DNA of 64,000 nucleotides. It comes from an uncultured Actinomycetes bacterium. Lineage in GTDB: Bacteria; Actinomycetota; Thermoleophilia; Gaiellales; JAICJC01. Both the position numbers and the translations under genes were made by a program. Positions 49,817-58,362 of the stretch are shown piece by piece. The stretch lies in contig CAVSVU010000018.1 of assembly GCA_963731515.1 (NCBI GenBank), positions 114,424 through 178,423 of the forward strand, written 5' to 3'. A model generated the notes under the pieces. That model was not told the origin of the DNA, did no database searches, and was given only the letters and a program-made list of their open reading frames with translations. Positions within the stretch are counted from its first letter, which is position 1; every line of letters begins with the position of its first letter.

Positions 49817-50800
49817 CTAGGTCGCTTTCGGCGGCTCCGGAGGGCGCGCCCCGGACGGGCGCGGGTCGGGCTTCGCGCGCGGTGGCGTCGCCCCCTCGCT
49901 GAACGCCGCGCCGAGGCCCGCCACGGCTCCCATCGCGTCGGCGGCCCCCGTCGGCAGCAGCAGCAGCTTGTTCGCGTCGCCGGCGGCGACGGCGGGGAGG
50001 GCCTCGAGGTATTTGTATCCGAGCATGTCGGCCGGGGCGATCCCCGATTCCCTGACCGTCTCGAAGATCTTCCCGAGCGCCTCGGCCTCGCCCTCGGCCC
50101 GCAGCGCCCGGGCCTCCTTCTCGCCCGTGGCGCGAAGGACGTTCGACTGCTGGTCTGCCTCGGCGTTCAGGATCGCGGCCGCACGCAGGCCCTCGGCGCG
50201 CAGGATCGCGGCCTGCTTCTCGCCCTCCGCCATCAGGATCGCGGCGCGCTTGGCCCGGTCGGCGCGCATCTGCTGCTCCATCGCCTCCTGGATCGTGCGC
50301 GGCGGGTCGATGCTCTTGAGCTCGACGCGCGTCACCCGCACGCCCCACTTCTCGGTCGCCTCGTCGAGCACGATGCGCAGCTGCGAGTTGATCTGGTCGC
50401 GGCTCGTCAGCGTCTCCTCGAGCGTCATCGACCCGACCACGTTTCGCAGCGTCGTCACGGCGAGCTGCTCCATGGCCTGCAGCATGTTCGCCACCTCGTA
50501 GGTGGCCTTCACCGCGTCGGTGACCTGGTAGTAGACGACCGTGTCGACCCCGATCGTGACGTTGTCCTGCGTGATCACGGGCTGGGGCGGGAAGGCCTGC
50601 ACCGTCTCCTTCATGTCCACGGTCACCCGGATGCGGTCGAGCATCGGCACGAGGACGTGCACGCCCGGGCCGAGCGTGCGCTGGTAGCGGCCCATCCGCT
50701 GGACGACGCCGACGGTGCTCTGCTGGATGACGCGCACCGCGCGTCCGACGATGACCAGCGCGAGGATGACTACCGCCAGGACTGCGATCAGCTCAACCAT
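49817..50800 (-). CDS. SPFH/band 7 (stomatin-like) protein
   Basis: 'PPQPVITQDNV', 'TTLRNVVG', 'KWGVRVTRVE', 'MEQQMRADR'. Confidence 0.92.
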   Translation of the reverse strand: MVELIAVLAVVILALVIVGRAVRVIQQSTVGVVQRMGRYQRTLGPGVHVLVPMLDRIRVTVDMKETVQAFPPQPVITQDNVTIGVDTVVYYQVTDAVKATYEVANMLQAMEQLAVTTLRNVVGSMTLEETLTSRDQINSQLRIVLDEATEKWGVRVTRVELKSIDPPRTIQEAMEQQMRADRAKRAAILMAEGEKQAAILRAEGLRAAAILNAEADQQSNVLRATGEKEARALRAEGEAEALGKIFETVRESGIAPADMLGYKYLEALPAVAAGDANKLLLLPTGAADAMGAVAGLGAAFSEGATPPRAKPDPRPSGARPPEPPKAT

Positions 50801-51272
50801 CGGGTTCTCCCTGCTCGAGCGCGGAGTCGCCGCGCGGCGACGGCGCGGGGATCACAAGCGCGGTGACCCCCTCGACCTTGACGACCTCGACCCGGCTTCC
50901 CAGCGGGATCGCCTCCTCGTCGTAGTAGCAGCGGGCGGTCCACGTCTCGCCGCCCACCTTGACCTGTCCGGGCTCGAGCCCGGCGATCGCGCGGGTGACG
51001 ACCCCGACCCGGCCCGGCATCGCGTCGACGCCCGTGCGGATGCCCGTCGCCTTGCCCGCTGCCCGCTTCAGCGCCGGGCGGGTGAGGAGGAGGCCGCCGC
51101 CGGAGAGGACCGCGAAGGCGAGCAGCTGGATCGGCAGGTCCAGGCCGGCAGCGGCGATCGCGGCGGTGATGATCGCGGCGAGGCCGAAGTAGATGGCGAC
51201 GAAGGCCGAGGTGGTGGCTTCGGCGACCAGCAGGACGACTCCGATCACCACCCAGACCACCCAGGCTTCCAT
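50793..51272 (-). CDS. NfeD-family membrane protein
   Basis: TM helices then 'GQVKVGGETWTAR...VEVVKVEG', adjacent to SPFH gene. Confidence 0.9.
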   Translation of the reverse strand: MEAWVVWVVIGVVLLVAEATTSAFVAIYFGLAAIITAAIAAAGLDLPIQLLAFAVLSGGGLLLTRPALKRAAGKATGIRTGVDAMPGRVGVVTRAIAGLEPGQVKVGGETWTARCYYDEEAIPLGSRVEVVKVEGVTALVIPAPSPRGDSALEQGEPDG

Positions 51273-51309
51273 ACCTGTCAACAGTAGTGCGCAATACTGC
51301 GCTCTGTCC

Positions 51310-52476
51310 ATGGAGCTCGAGCAGATCACGACGGGTGCGGCGCTCGGCCCGCTGCTCGACCAGGCGCGGGCGGAGGGCAGCTGCGCGGTCGACACGGAGT
51401 TTGTCTGGGAGCGCACCTACGCGCCCGCGCTGTGCCTGGTGCAGCTGGCAACGGCCGAGCGGCTCGCGGTCATCGACCCCCTGGCCGGCGCGCCGCTCGA
51501 TCCCGTCGCCGAGCTCATGGCCGATCCGGCCGTCGAGAAGGTGATGCACGCGCCGTCCGGCGACCTGGCCGCGTTCGTGCTCCACCACGACGTGCGGCCG
51601 CGCAACGTGTTCGACACCCAGGTGGCCGCCGGGTTCGCCGGATACGGCGGCTCGCCCTCGCTCGAGCGCCTGCTCGAGCAGGCCGTCGGCGTCCGCCTGC
51701 GCCACGACGAGGGATTCACGGACTGGTCGCGGCGTCCGCTCACGCCGGTGCAGGTCGAGTACGCGGCCGACGACGTCCGCCACCTGCTTGGCGCCGCCGA
51801 GGCGCTGCGGGCGCGGCTGGCCGACCAGGGCAGGCAGGCGTGGGTGGACGAGGAGATGCAGCAGCGCTACGGCGACGGCGCGACGCTCGTGCAGGACCCC
51901 GAGTTGGCCTTCCGCCGGGTGAGCGGGCGCGGGCGGCTGCGGGGCGAGCAGGTATCCGCCCTGGCGGCGGCCGCCGCGTGGCGCGAGCGCGAGGCCCGTC
52001 GCCGCGACCTGCCCGCGTCGTGGCTGATCAAGGACGCGACCCTGATCGAGATCGCCCGCCGGCGCCCGAGCACGCCCCGCGACGCCGAGTCGATCCGGGG
52101 GCTGCAGCTGCGCAAGGGCGCACAGCTCGACGGCCTCCTCGCCGCCGTGGCGGGTGCCGGCGCGCCTCCGGCCGGGGCGTCCGAGGGCGACCTGCCCGGC
52201 GAGGTGCGGCGGCGGGTGCGGGTGGTGCTGCCGCTCGCGAGCGCCGTGCTCCAGGCCCGCTGCGCCGAGGCCGGCGTCGCGTCCGAGCTGGTCGCCACCC
52301 GGGCCGAGCTCGAAGCCCTGATCGCCGGCCAGGCGATGGGCGCCGACGGCGGCCATCCGCTGCTCTCGGGCTGGCGCCGCGAGCTGGCCGGCGAGTCCCT
52401 GCTGCGCCTGCTCCGGGGCGAGATCGCCCTCCGCGTCCTGCCTCGCGCGCCCCACGTGGCCGAGCAGGTGCGGTGA
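51310..52476 (+). CDS. rnd: Ribonuclease D (DEDDy exonuclease + HRDC)
   Basis: 'VDTEFVWERTY', 'CLVQLA', 'FDTQVAA', 'TDWSRRPL', 'YAADDV', 'WREREARRRD'. Confidence 0.92.
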   Translation: MELEQITTGAALGPLLDQARAEGSCAVDTEFVWERTYAPALCLVQLATAERLAVIDPLAGAPLDPVAELMADPAVEKVMHAPSGDLAAFVLHHDVRPRNVFDTQVAAGFAGYGGSPSLERLLEQAVGVRLRHDEGFTDWSRRPLTPVQVEYAADDVRHLLGAAEALRARLADQGRQAWVDEEMQQRYGDGATLVQDPELAFRRVSGRGRLRGEQVSALAAAAAWREREARRRDLPASWLIKDATLIEIARRRPSTPRDAESIRGLQLRKGAQLDGLLAAVAGAGAPPAGASEGDLPGEVRRRVRVVLPLASAVLQARCAEAGVASELVATRAELEALIAGQAMGADGGHPLLSGWRRELAGESLLRLLRGEIALRVLPRAPHVAEQVR

Positions 52477-52540
52477 AGAGCGCGTAAACGTTTCCGCCCG
52501 CGGGCCGTGCCCGCGGGGGTCGTCGCTACCCTATCGGGCA

Positions 52541-53080
52541 GTGGTCGGCGCGTCGGTAGCGGGGCCGCTGGTCTCGGTACTGGCGGTCGTCTTGGTGGTG
52601 GCGGGAGCGGGCAAGCTGCGCGCACCGGCCGCCGCTGCCGACGCCCTGCGCTCGGCCGGACTGCCCGCCGGGGCCCTGCGGGCGCGCCTGGTCGGGGTGG
52701 CCGAGGTCGGGGCCGGCCTCGTCGTCCTCGCGTCGCCCAGCCGGCCCGCCCTCGCGGTCATGGCCGCGCTCTACGCCGTTCTGGGCGCCTTCGCGCTGCG
52801 CCTGCTGCTCGTCGCGGAGCCGGCCGCCTCGTGCGGGTGCTTCGGCGCCGACGCGCCCCCCTCGCCCCTCCATGCGGCGTTCGACGCCGGCGCGCTCGTC
52901 GTCGCCGCCGCGGCCGCGATCGACCCGCCGCCCGGGCTGCCCGAGCTGGCCGCGCGTGCCCCGGTCGCGGGCGTCGCCCTCGTGGCCGGCTGCTGTGCCG
53001 CCGCCTATGCCGTCACGCTCGTCCTCGGCCGCCTGCCACAGGCCGCGGCGGCCTACCGCCCGCGCCGGAGCGCCGCGTGA
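52541..53080 (+). CDS. MauE/DoxX-family membrane protein
   Basis: 'AGAGKL', 'AEVGAG', 'SCGCFG' motif, about five TM helices. Confidence 0.85.
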   Translation: MVGASVAGPLVSVLAVVLVVAGAGKLRAPAAAADALRSAGLPAGALRARLVGVAEVGAGLVVLASPSRPALAVMAALYAVLGAFALRLLLVAEPAASCGCFGADAPPSPLHAAFDAGALVVAAAAAIDPPPGLPELAARAPVAGVALVAGCCAAAYAVTLVLGRLPQAAAAYRPRRSAA

Positions 53081-53712
53081 CCGACCGGCTCGTCTCGGCC
53101 GCCTCGCGCCTGCTCGAGCGGCGCACGTCGCGGCGCGGCATCCTCGTGCGCGTCGCCATCGGCGGCTCGGCGCTGGCGGTGGCGCCGCTGCGCTACCTGC
53201 TCCGCCCGGGGAGCGCCGAGGCGGTCATCACCTGTCGCGACTGCCGCCCCGGCGCGCTCTGCTGCGACGGCTGGACCGAGTTCTGCTGCACCATCACCGG
53301 CGGGTCGAACACCTGCCCGCCGTACACCTTCATGGGCGGCTGGTGGAAGTGCACCAACTATCGCGGCACGAAGCTCTGTGGCTCCGAAGGCGTGCGCTAC
53401 TACATCGACTGCAACCGGCTGCCGGGGCAGTCCTGCCCGCACGGGTGCTCGTGCGCGGAGGGGCTGTGCCAGCACCGCTCGACCTGCTGCAACGTCTTCC
53501 GCTACGGGCAGTGCAACACCCAGATCGGCAAGGTGACCGAGGTCGTCTGCCGCATGATCACCTGCCAGAACCCGGGCCGCCTGTTCCCGGGCCAGTGCTC
53601 CCGGCACGTCCTCGTCGACGACCGCACCTGCGGCCACGAGGCGGCCTGCCTGGTGAAGGGCGCGGCCGCGCCGCCCTACACCGGCCTGCGCGCGGGCGGG
53701 GGTGCGCTGTGA
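53077..53712 (+). CDS. Tat-exported 22-cysteine protein, distantly MauA (amine dehydrogenase light chain)-like
   Basis: Tat motif 'TSRRGIL', AEA cleavage site, 'GGSNTCPPYT..GWWKC...RYYIDC' core. Confidence 0.8.
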   Translation: MTDRLVSAASRLLERRTSRRGILVRVAIGGSALAVAPLRYLLRPGSAEAVITCRDCRPGALCCDGWTEFCCTITGGSNTCPPYTFMGGWWKCTNYRGTKLCGSEGVRYYIDCNRLPGQSCPHGCSCAEGLCQHRSTCCNVFRYGQCNTQIGKVTEVVCRMITCQNPGRLFPGQCSRHVLVDDRTCGHEAACLVKGAAAPPYTGLRAGGGAL

Positions 53713-54380
53713 CGGCCGTCGTCACCGTCGAGACGCTGCTGCTCGTGCTGCTCGTGCTGCTGGTCGGGGGGCTCCTGCGCAGCCACGCAGAGATCCTGCG
53801 CCGCCTGGACGAGCTGCAGCCGGGCGGGACGGCGACGGCGGCCCCGGCGCGCACGTCGACGGCCGCGCACGACGTCTCCGGCGTGACGCTCGCGGGCGAC
53901 GCGATGCACGTCGGCGTGACCCGGCCCGGGACGGCAACGCTGCTCGCGTTCCTGACATCGGGCTGCAGCACCTGTGCCGGGTTCTGGGAGGCGTTCGCCG
54001 ATCCGCGCACCCGGCTGCCCGAGGGCGTCGGCCTCGTGGTCGTCACGAAGGATGCGAGCCACGAGAGCCCGGCGCGGCTGCGGGAGCTGGCGCCGTCCGG
54101 CGTGCGCGTCGTCATGTCGAGCAGCGCGTGGGTCGACTACGACGTCCCGGCGAGCCCGTACTTCGTGCACGTCGACGGCCGGGGCGAGCTGGCCGGCGAG
54201 GGCACGGCGCAGCGCTTCGACCAGGTGCTCTCCCTGCTCAACGACGCCGCCGACGACGCCGGCGAGGGCTCGGAGGAGCGCGCCGTCCGGGTCGAGCGCG
54301 AGCTGGCCGCCGCCGGCATCGGCCCCGATCATCCCAGCCTCCGTCCCGCATCGGTGCGGCATGGTGACGGCGCCGGCTGA
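53709..54380 (+). CDS. MauD-like membrane-anchored thioredoxin-fold protein
   Basis: N-terminal TM helix, 'FLTSGCSTC' CxxC, 'VPASPYF' cis-Pro loop. Confidence 0.82.
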   Translation: MTAVVTVETLLLVLLVLLVGGLLRSHAEILRRLDELQPGGTATAAPARTSTAAHDVSGVTLAGDAMHVGVTRPGTATLLAFLTSGCSTCAGFWEAFADPRTRLPEGVGLVVVTKDASHESPARLRELAPSGVRVVMSSSAWVDYDVPASPYFVHVDGRGELAGEGTAQRFDQVLSLLNDAADDAGEGSEERAVRVERELAAAGIGPDHPSLRPASVRHGDGAG

Positions 54381-55029
54381 GCTCGCCGTGGCCGTGCCGC
54401 TCGCGGTCGTCGCCGGGCTGCGCTCGCTGTGGTCGCCCTGAGGGGAGTCGATGCTCGGGAGCATCACTCCGCTCGGTGAGCGGAGCCGGGGAAGGCGATG
54501 GGGCGTCACGGTCACGGCCTTCGCGCTGGCCGCGGCGGCGGCCGGGGCGGGCGCCGGCGCGCTCCTCGGCGCGGCGGGCGGTCTCGCCGGCATCCCCGCC
54601 ACGATTCGGGTCGGCCTGCTCGGCGCGGCGGTGGCGGTCGCGATCGCGGTCGATCTCGTGCCCGGGGTGCGCCTGCCCGGCCCGCATCGGCAGGTGAACG
54701 AGGCCTGGCTGCACCGCTACCGCGGCTGGGTGTACGGGGCCGGGTTCGGGCTCCAGCTCGGCCTCGGCGTCACTACGATCGTCTCGACCGCCGCGGTGTA
54801 CGCGACCGGCGCCGCCGCGTTCCTGGCCGGATCGGCCGCGGCCGGCGCAGCCGTGGGCGCGGCCTTCGGGCTCGCCCGGGCGGCCACCCTGCTCGCCGCA
54901 GGCCGAGTCGACGAGCCGCGCGCGCTCGCGACCCTCGACCGGCGCCTGCACGCGTGGGAGCGTCCGGCCAGGGTCGTTGCGCTCCTCGCCGAGGCGGCGC
55001 TGATCGCGCTTGCGGTGGCGGTCGCATGA
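54361..55029 (+). CDS. MauF-like membrane protein with in-frame TGA at 54439-54441 (candidate selenoprotein)
   Basis: MVTAPAELAVAVPLAVVAGLRSLWSP-(TGA)-GESMLGSITPLGER... is in frame with ORF 54451..55029. 'HRQV...WVYGAGFGLQLGLG' motif. Confidence 0.75.
54444..54470 (+). promoter_or_regulatory. Candidate bacterial SECIS hairpin
   Basis: GGAGT-C-GATGCT-[CGGG]-AGCATC-ACTCC: 11-bp stem with one bulge, starting 2 nt after the TGA. Confidence 0.55.
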
Positions 55030-55469
55030 GGCTCGCGGCCCACGGCATCGCGCTCGACCTCCCGGCCGGCTGGGACGGGCGTATCTGGACGCGTTCGGGC
55101 GGCGGCCCCGTCGTGCACGCCGCCAACGTCGCCCTGCCCGCGACCGACGGCGACTTCGCGACCCGCGCCACCGAGGCGCTGCCCGCGGACGGCGTGGTGG
55201 TGGTGCTGGTCGACTACGGGCCCGGCGACGCCGGCACCCCGCTCTTCGCGGCCCCCGCCCCGGCCCGGATCGACCCGGCCGAGCTGTCTCCGTCGACGCT
55301 GCTCCACCGCCGCCCCGGCCAGCGCGGGCTGCAGCATTTCTTCACGACCGCCGGGAGGGCGATGTGCCTTTACGTCGTGGTCGGCTCGGCCGCACACGCG
55401 TCCGACCTCGCCGCCGGCGTCAGCCGGGTGCTCGAGACGCTCCAGGTTGAGATGGTGCCGACCGGCTGA
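55026..55469 (+). CDS. Hypothetical protein, last gene of the mau-like operon
   Basis: ATGA overlap with the preceding stop. MRLAAHGIALDLPAGWDGRI...FFTTAGRAMCLYVVVGS. Confidence 0.75.
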   Translation: MRLAAHGIALDLPAGWDGRIWTRSGGGPVVHAANVALPATDGDFATRATEALPADGVVVVLVDYGPGDAGTPLFAAPAPARIDPAELSPSTLLHRRPGQRGLQHFFTTAGRAMCLYVVVGSAAHASDLAAGVSRVLETLQVEMVPTG

Positions 55470-56612
55470 TCACTGGAAGGTGAACTGGTCGGCGGGGGAG
55501 GTCGCGGAGGTCCCCCGCGACGTCGTGACGACCACGTCGACCGTGCCCGTGCCGGCCGGGCTCGTCGCCGTGATCGTCGTCGGCGAGTGGACGACCACGT
55601 GCGTCGCGGCTGCCGAGCCGAACCGGACCTTCGCGCCGGCCACGAAGCCGCGCCCCGTGATGGTCACCGCCGTGCCGCCGGCCGACGCGCCCTGGGCCGG
55701 GGAGACACGGGTGACCGCCGTCGCCTTGACCGGCTGCCAGTCGGGGATCTCGTTCCCGCGCAGCCCGGTCAGGACGGTCGCCGCCCCGCCGCCGGCCGGC
55801 ATGACGTCGATGGTCTGGCCCGCCGAGGTGGCGCGCGCGAACAGCACCCGGTTGCCGTCCGGCGACCAGGCCGGCTGGAACTCGGCCGCCGAGTCGGTGG
55901 TCAGCCGGTGGAGCGCGCGTGACCCGACGGTGATCGTCCACACGTCGAACGAGCCCGCGCGGTTGCTGGCGAATGCGATCCGCGACCCGTCGGGCGACCA
56001 GGCCGGCTGCACGTTCCGGGCCGTGCCGCTCGTCAGGACGGTGATCGTCCCGCCCCCGGCGGGCACGACGCAGATCTGGTAGTGGCCGTTGCGGGGGGCG
56101 TCGAACGCGATGCGGGCGCCGTCCGGCGACCACACCGGGAGGCTGTCGACGCCGGAGCGGTGCGTCACGCGCACCAGATGCCCGGACCCGTTCGCGTTCG
56201 TGGTGTAGATCTCCCAGTCGCCGGTGCGGTTGCTGGCGAAGGCCAGCGTGCGGCCGTTCGGCGACCAGCTCGGGAAGGCGTCCTTGCCGGGGTTCGTCGT
56301 GATCCGGCGCAGGTCGCGCCCGGCGGTGTTCATCGTGTAGATGTCGTAGTTGCCGCGGCGGTCGCTCGTGAAGGCGATGCGGCGGCCGTCGGGCGAGAAC
56401 GACGCCGCGAAGTCGTCGGCGGCGCTCGTGGTCAGGCGCACGGCCGGGCTGCCCTTGGCCGGGCGCTTCACGTAGATGTCCCAGTTGTCCGCGCGGTCGC
56501 GGTCGAAGGCGATCATCCCGTTCCCGTGCAGCTGCGCGCCCGCCGCCGGGACGGCCGTGAGCAGGGAGGCGACGAGCCCTGCCGCCACACCCCGGATCGT
56601 CGCTCGCATCAT
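55470..56612 (-). CDS. Secreted TolB-like PD40 beta-propeller protein with C-terminal IPT/TIG domain
   Basis: Repeated 'WSPDG-x-RIAF-x-S-x-R' units and 'TRVSPAQGASAGGTAVTITGRGF'. Confidence 0.88.
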   Translation of the reverse strand: MMRATIRGVAAGLVASLLTAVPAAGAQLHGNGMIAFDRDRADNWDIYVKRPAKGSPAVRLTTSAADDFAASFSPDGRRIAFTSDRRGNYDIYTMNTAGRDLRRITTNPGKDAFPSWSPNGRTLAFASNRTGDWEIYTTNANGSGHLVRVTHRSGVDSLPVWSPDGARIAFDAPRNGHYQICVVPAGGGTITVLTSGTARNVQPAWSPDGSRIAFASNRAGSFDVWTITVGSRALHRLTTDSAAEFQPAWSPDGNRVLFARATSAGQTIDVMPAGGGAATVLTGLRGNEIPDWQPVKATAVTRVSPAQGASAGGTAVTITGRGFVAGAKVRFGSAAATHVVVHSPTTITATSPAGTGTVDVVVTTSRGTSATSPADQFTFQ

Positions 56613-56717
56613 CCCGTCCTTCACCTTGCCCGCCCGCGTCGCGCTTCCTGGTGAGCCAATCGTAAACATTTCCCGTCGCGCTAAGCATGACCTGCCTCCC
56701 TGCCGATCATCCGGAAC

Positions 56718-58353
56718 GTGCCCCGGAGCAGGCTTCTTCCGTCTCGGGTCTGGGCCCTGGTCAGCATCGCGGTCGTCGGCGTCTGCGTGGCCGGCCCGGC
56801 TCCCACGCAGGCCGATGTGCGGCCGGGCTCCGCGCTCGACTCCGCCGGCCTGGCCTCGCCGCCGCGGTCGCTGCTCTCGCTCGCGATGAGCCGCGGCCGC
56901 CGCCGGGCCGGACTACTCCGGAGCCCTGTGGGAGCCGGCCAGCCCGCTGAATTACACCGTCGCCGACCGGCCGCTGACGAACCCGATCACCCGGCTCGTC
57001 ATCCACGTCGCCGAGGGCAGCTGGGCCTCGACCTACACCTGGTTTCGCAACCCTCGCGCCGAGGCGTCCGCCCACTACGTCGTGTCCTCGACCGGCCGCG
57101 TTGCCCAGATGGTGCCCGACCGCGACATCGCCTGGCACGCGGGCAACTGGGCCTACAACGAGAGCTCGATCGGCATCGAGCACGCCGGGTTCACGAACGT
57201 CACCCGGTTCCCGGACGCCGAGTACCGCGGCTCGGCCAAGCTCGCCGCCTGGCTGGCCGACACCTACCTGATCACGCCCGACCGCAAGCACGTGATCGGG
57301 CACTACCAGGTGCCGGACCCGAACCATCCCGGGGAGTGGGGCGGCGTCGACCACCACACGGATCCCGGCCGCACCTGGAACTGGGCCCGCTACATGGCGT
57401 ACCTGCGCTCGGACGCGCAGGACACCGCTCAGCAGATCGTCGACAACGCCAGTCCTTCCGCCGTGCGCTACGACCCGTCCGTCTGGCACGTCGCGAGCAC
57501 GCAGTCCGGCCGCTACGGGGCGAACTACCTGGCCGCGGCGCCGCACGGGCCGTCGAGCCCGGTGCAGTACCGGGTGTCGGTGCCCGCGAGCGACCGCTAC
57601 GACCTGCTGATGCGCTGGCCGTGCGGGGCCGACTCCGCCAAGGCGGGCGTGGACGTCACGACCACCCGCGGCCTGCGCACCGCGACGGTCGACGAGGCCC
57701 GCGGCTGCGGCAAGTTCCAGTACGTCGGCAGCTACGACCTGGCGGCGGGCGCAGGCTGGCGGCTCCGGGTGAGCTCGGCGTCGAGCGCCCGCGGGACCAT
57801 CGTTGCCGACGCGTTCAAGCTCGTCGAGCAGACCGATCCCACGCCGCCGGCCGCGCCGTCGGTGACGACGAACCCCGCCGAGACCTCGATCGGCGTCACC
57901 TGGACGCGCGCGAGCGACAACATCGCCGTCGGCGGCTACCGCGTCGTCGTCGACTCGAAGCTCCGCTACCAGGGCACGAGCCGGACGCTGGCCGTCACCG
58001 GGCTCGCCTGCGACACCGTCCACACCGTGTCGGTGCGGGCGCTCGACATGGTGTCGAACCTCTCGCCGAAGGCGCCCGTCTGGGTGCGGACCGGGCCCTG
58101 CCCGCCGCCGCCGACGGGGCTCGTCGCGACGCCGGCCCGGAACTCGGTCGCCCTGCGGTGGACGGCTCCGGCCGCAGGGCTCACCTACCGCGTGCTCGTG
58201 AACGGCCGGCTCATCCGCACGGTATCGGGCACGACGTCGACGGTCGGCTCGCTCCACTGCGCCGTCACCCGCACGTTCTCGGTCGAGAGCGTCGATGCGA
58301 CACGCAGCATCTCCGCCCCTGTCGCGACCGACGCCACGACGCTCGGGTGTTGA
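56718..58353 (+). CDS. Secreted N-acetylmuramoyl-L-alanine amidase (Amidase_2) with accessory and FN3 domains (apparent +1 frameshift near 56892)
   Basis: After frame correction: 'LVIHVAEG', 'SAHYVV', 'AWHAGN', 'SIGIEH', 'GHYQVP', 'HTDPG', then two FN3-like domains. Confidence 0.85.
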
Positions 58354-58362
58354 GGGCCAGGT

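Noticed and set aside
55800..56420. Regularly spaced repeats as a CRISPR array
   Set aside because: They are degenerate coding PD40 repeats. No identical repeat-spacer array or cas gene is in the window.
55470..56612. Beta-propeller gene as a MauB substitute for the mau-like operon
   Set aside because: Opposite strand, generic TolB/PD40 repeats plus IPT domain, and no MauB-like features. Adjacency alone is insufficient.
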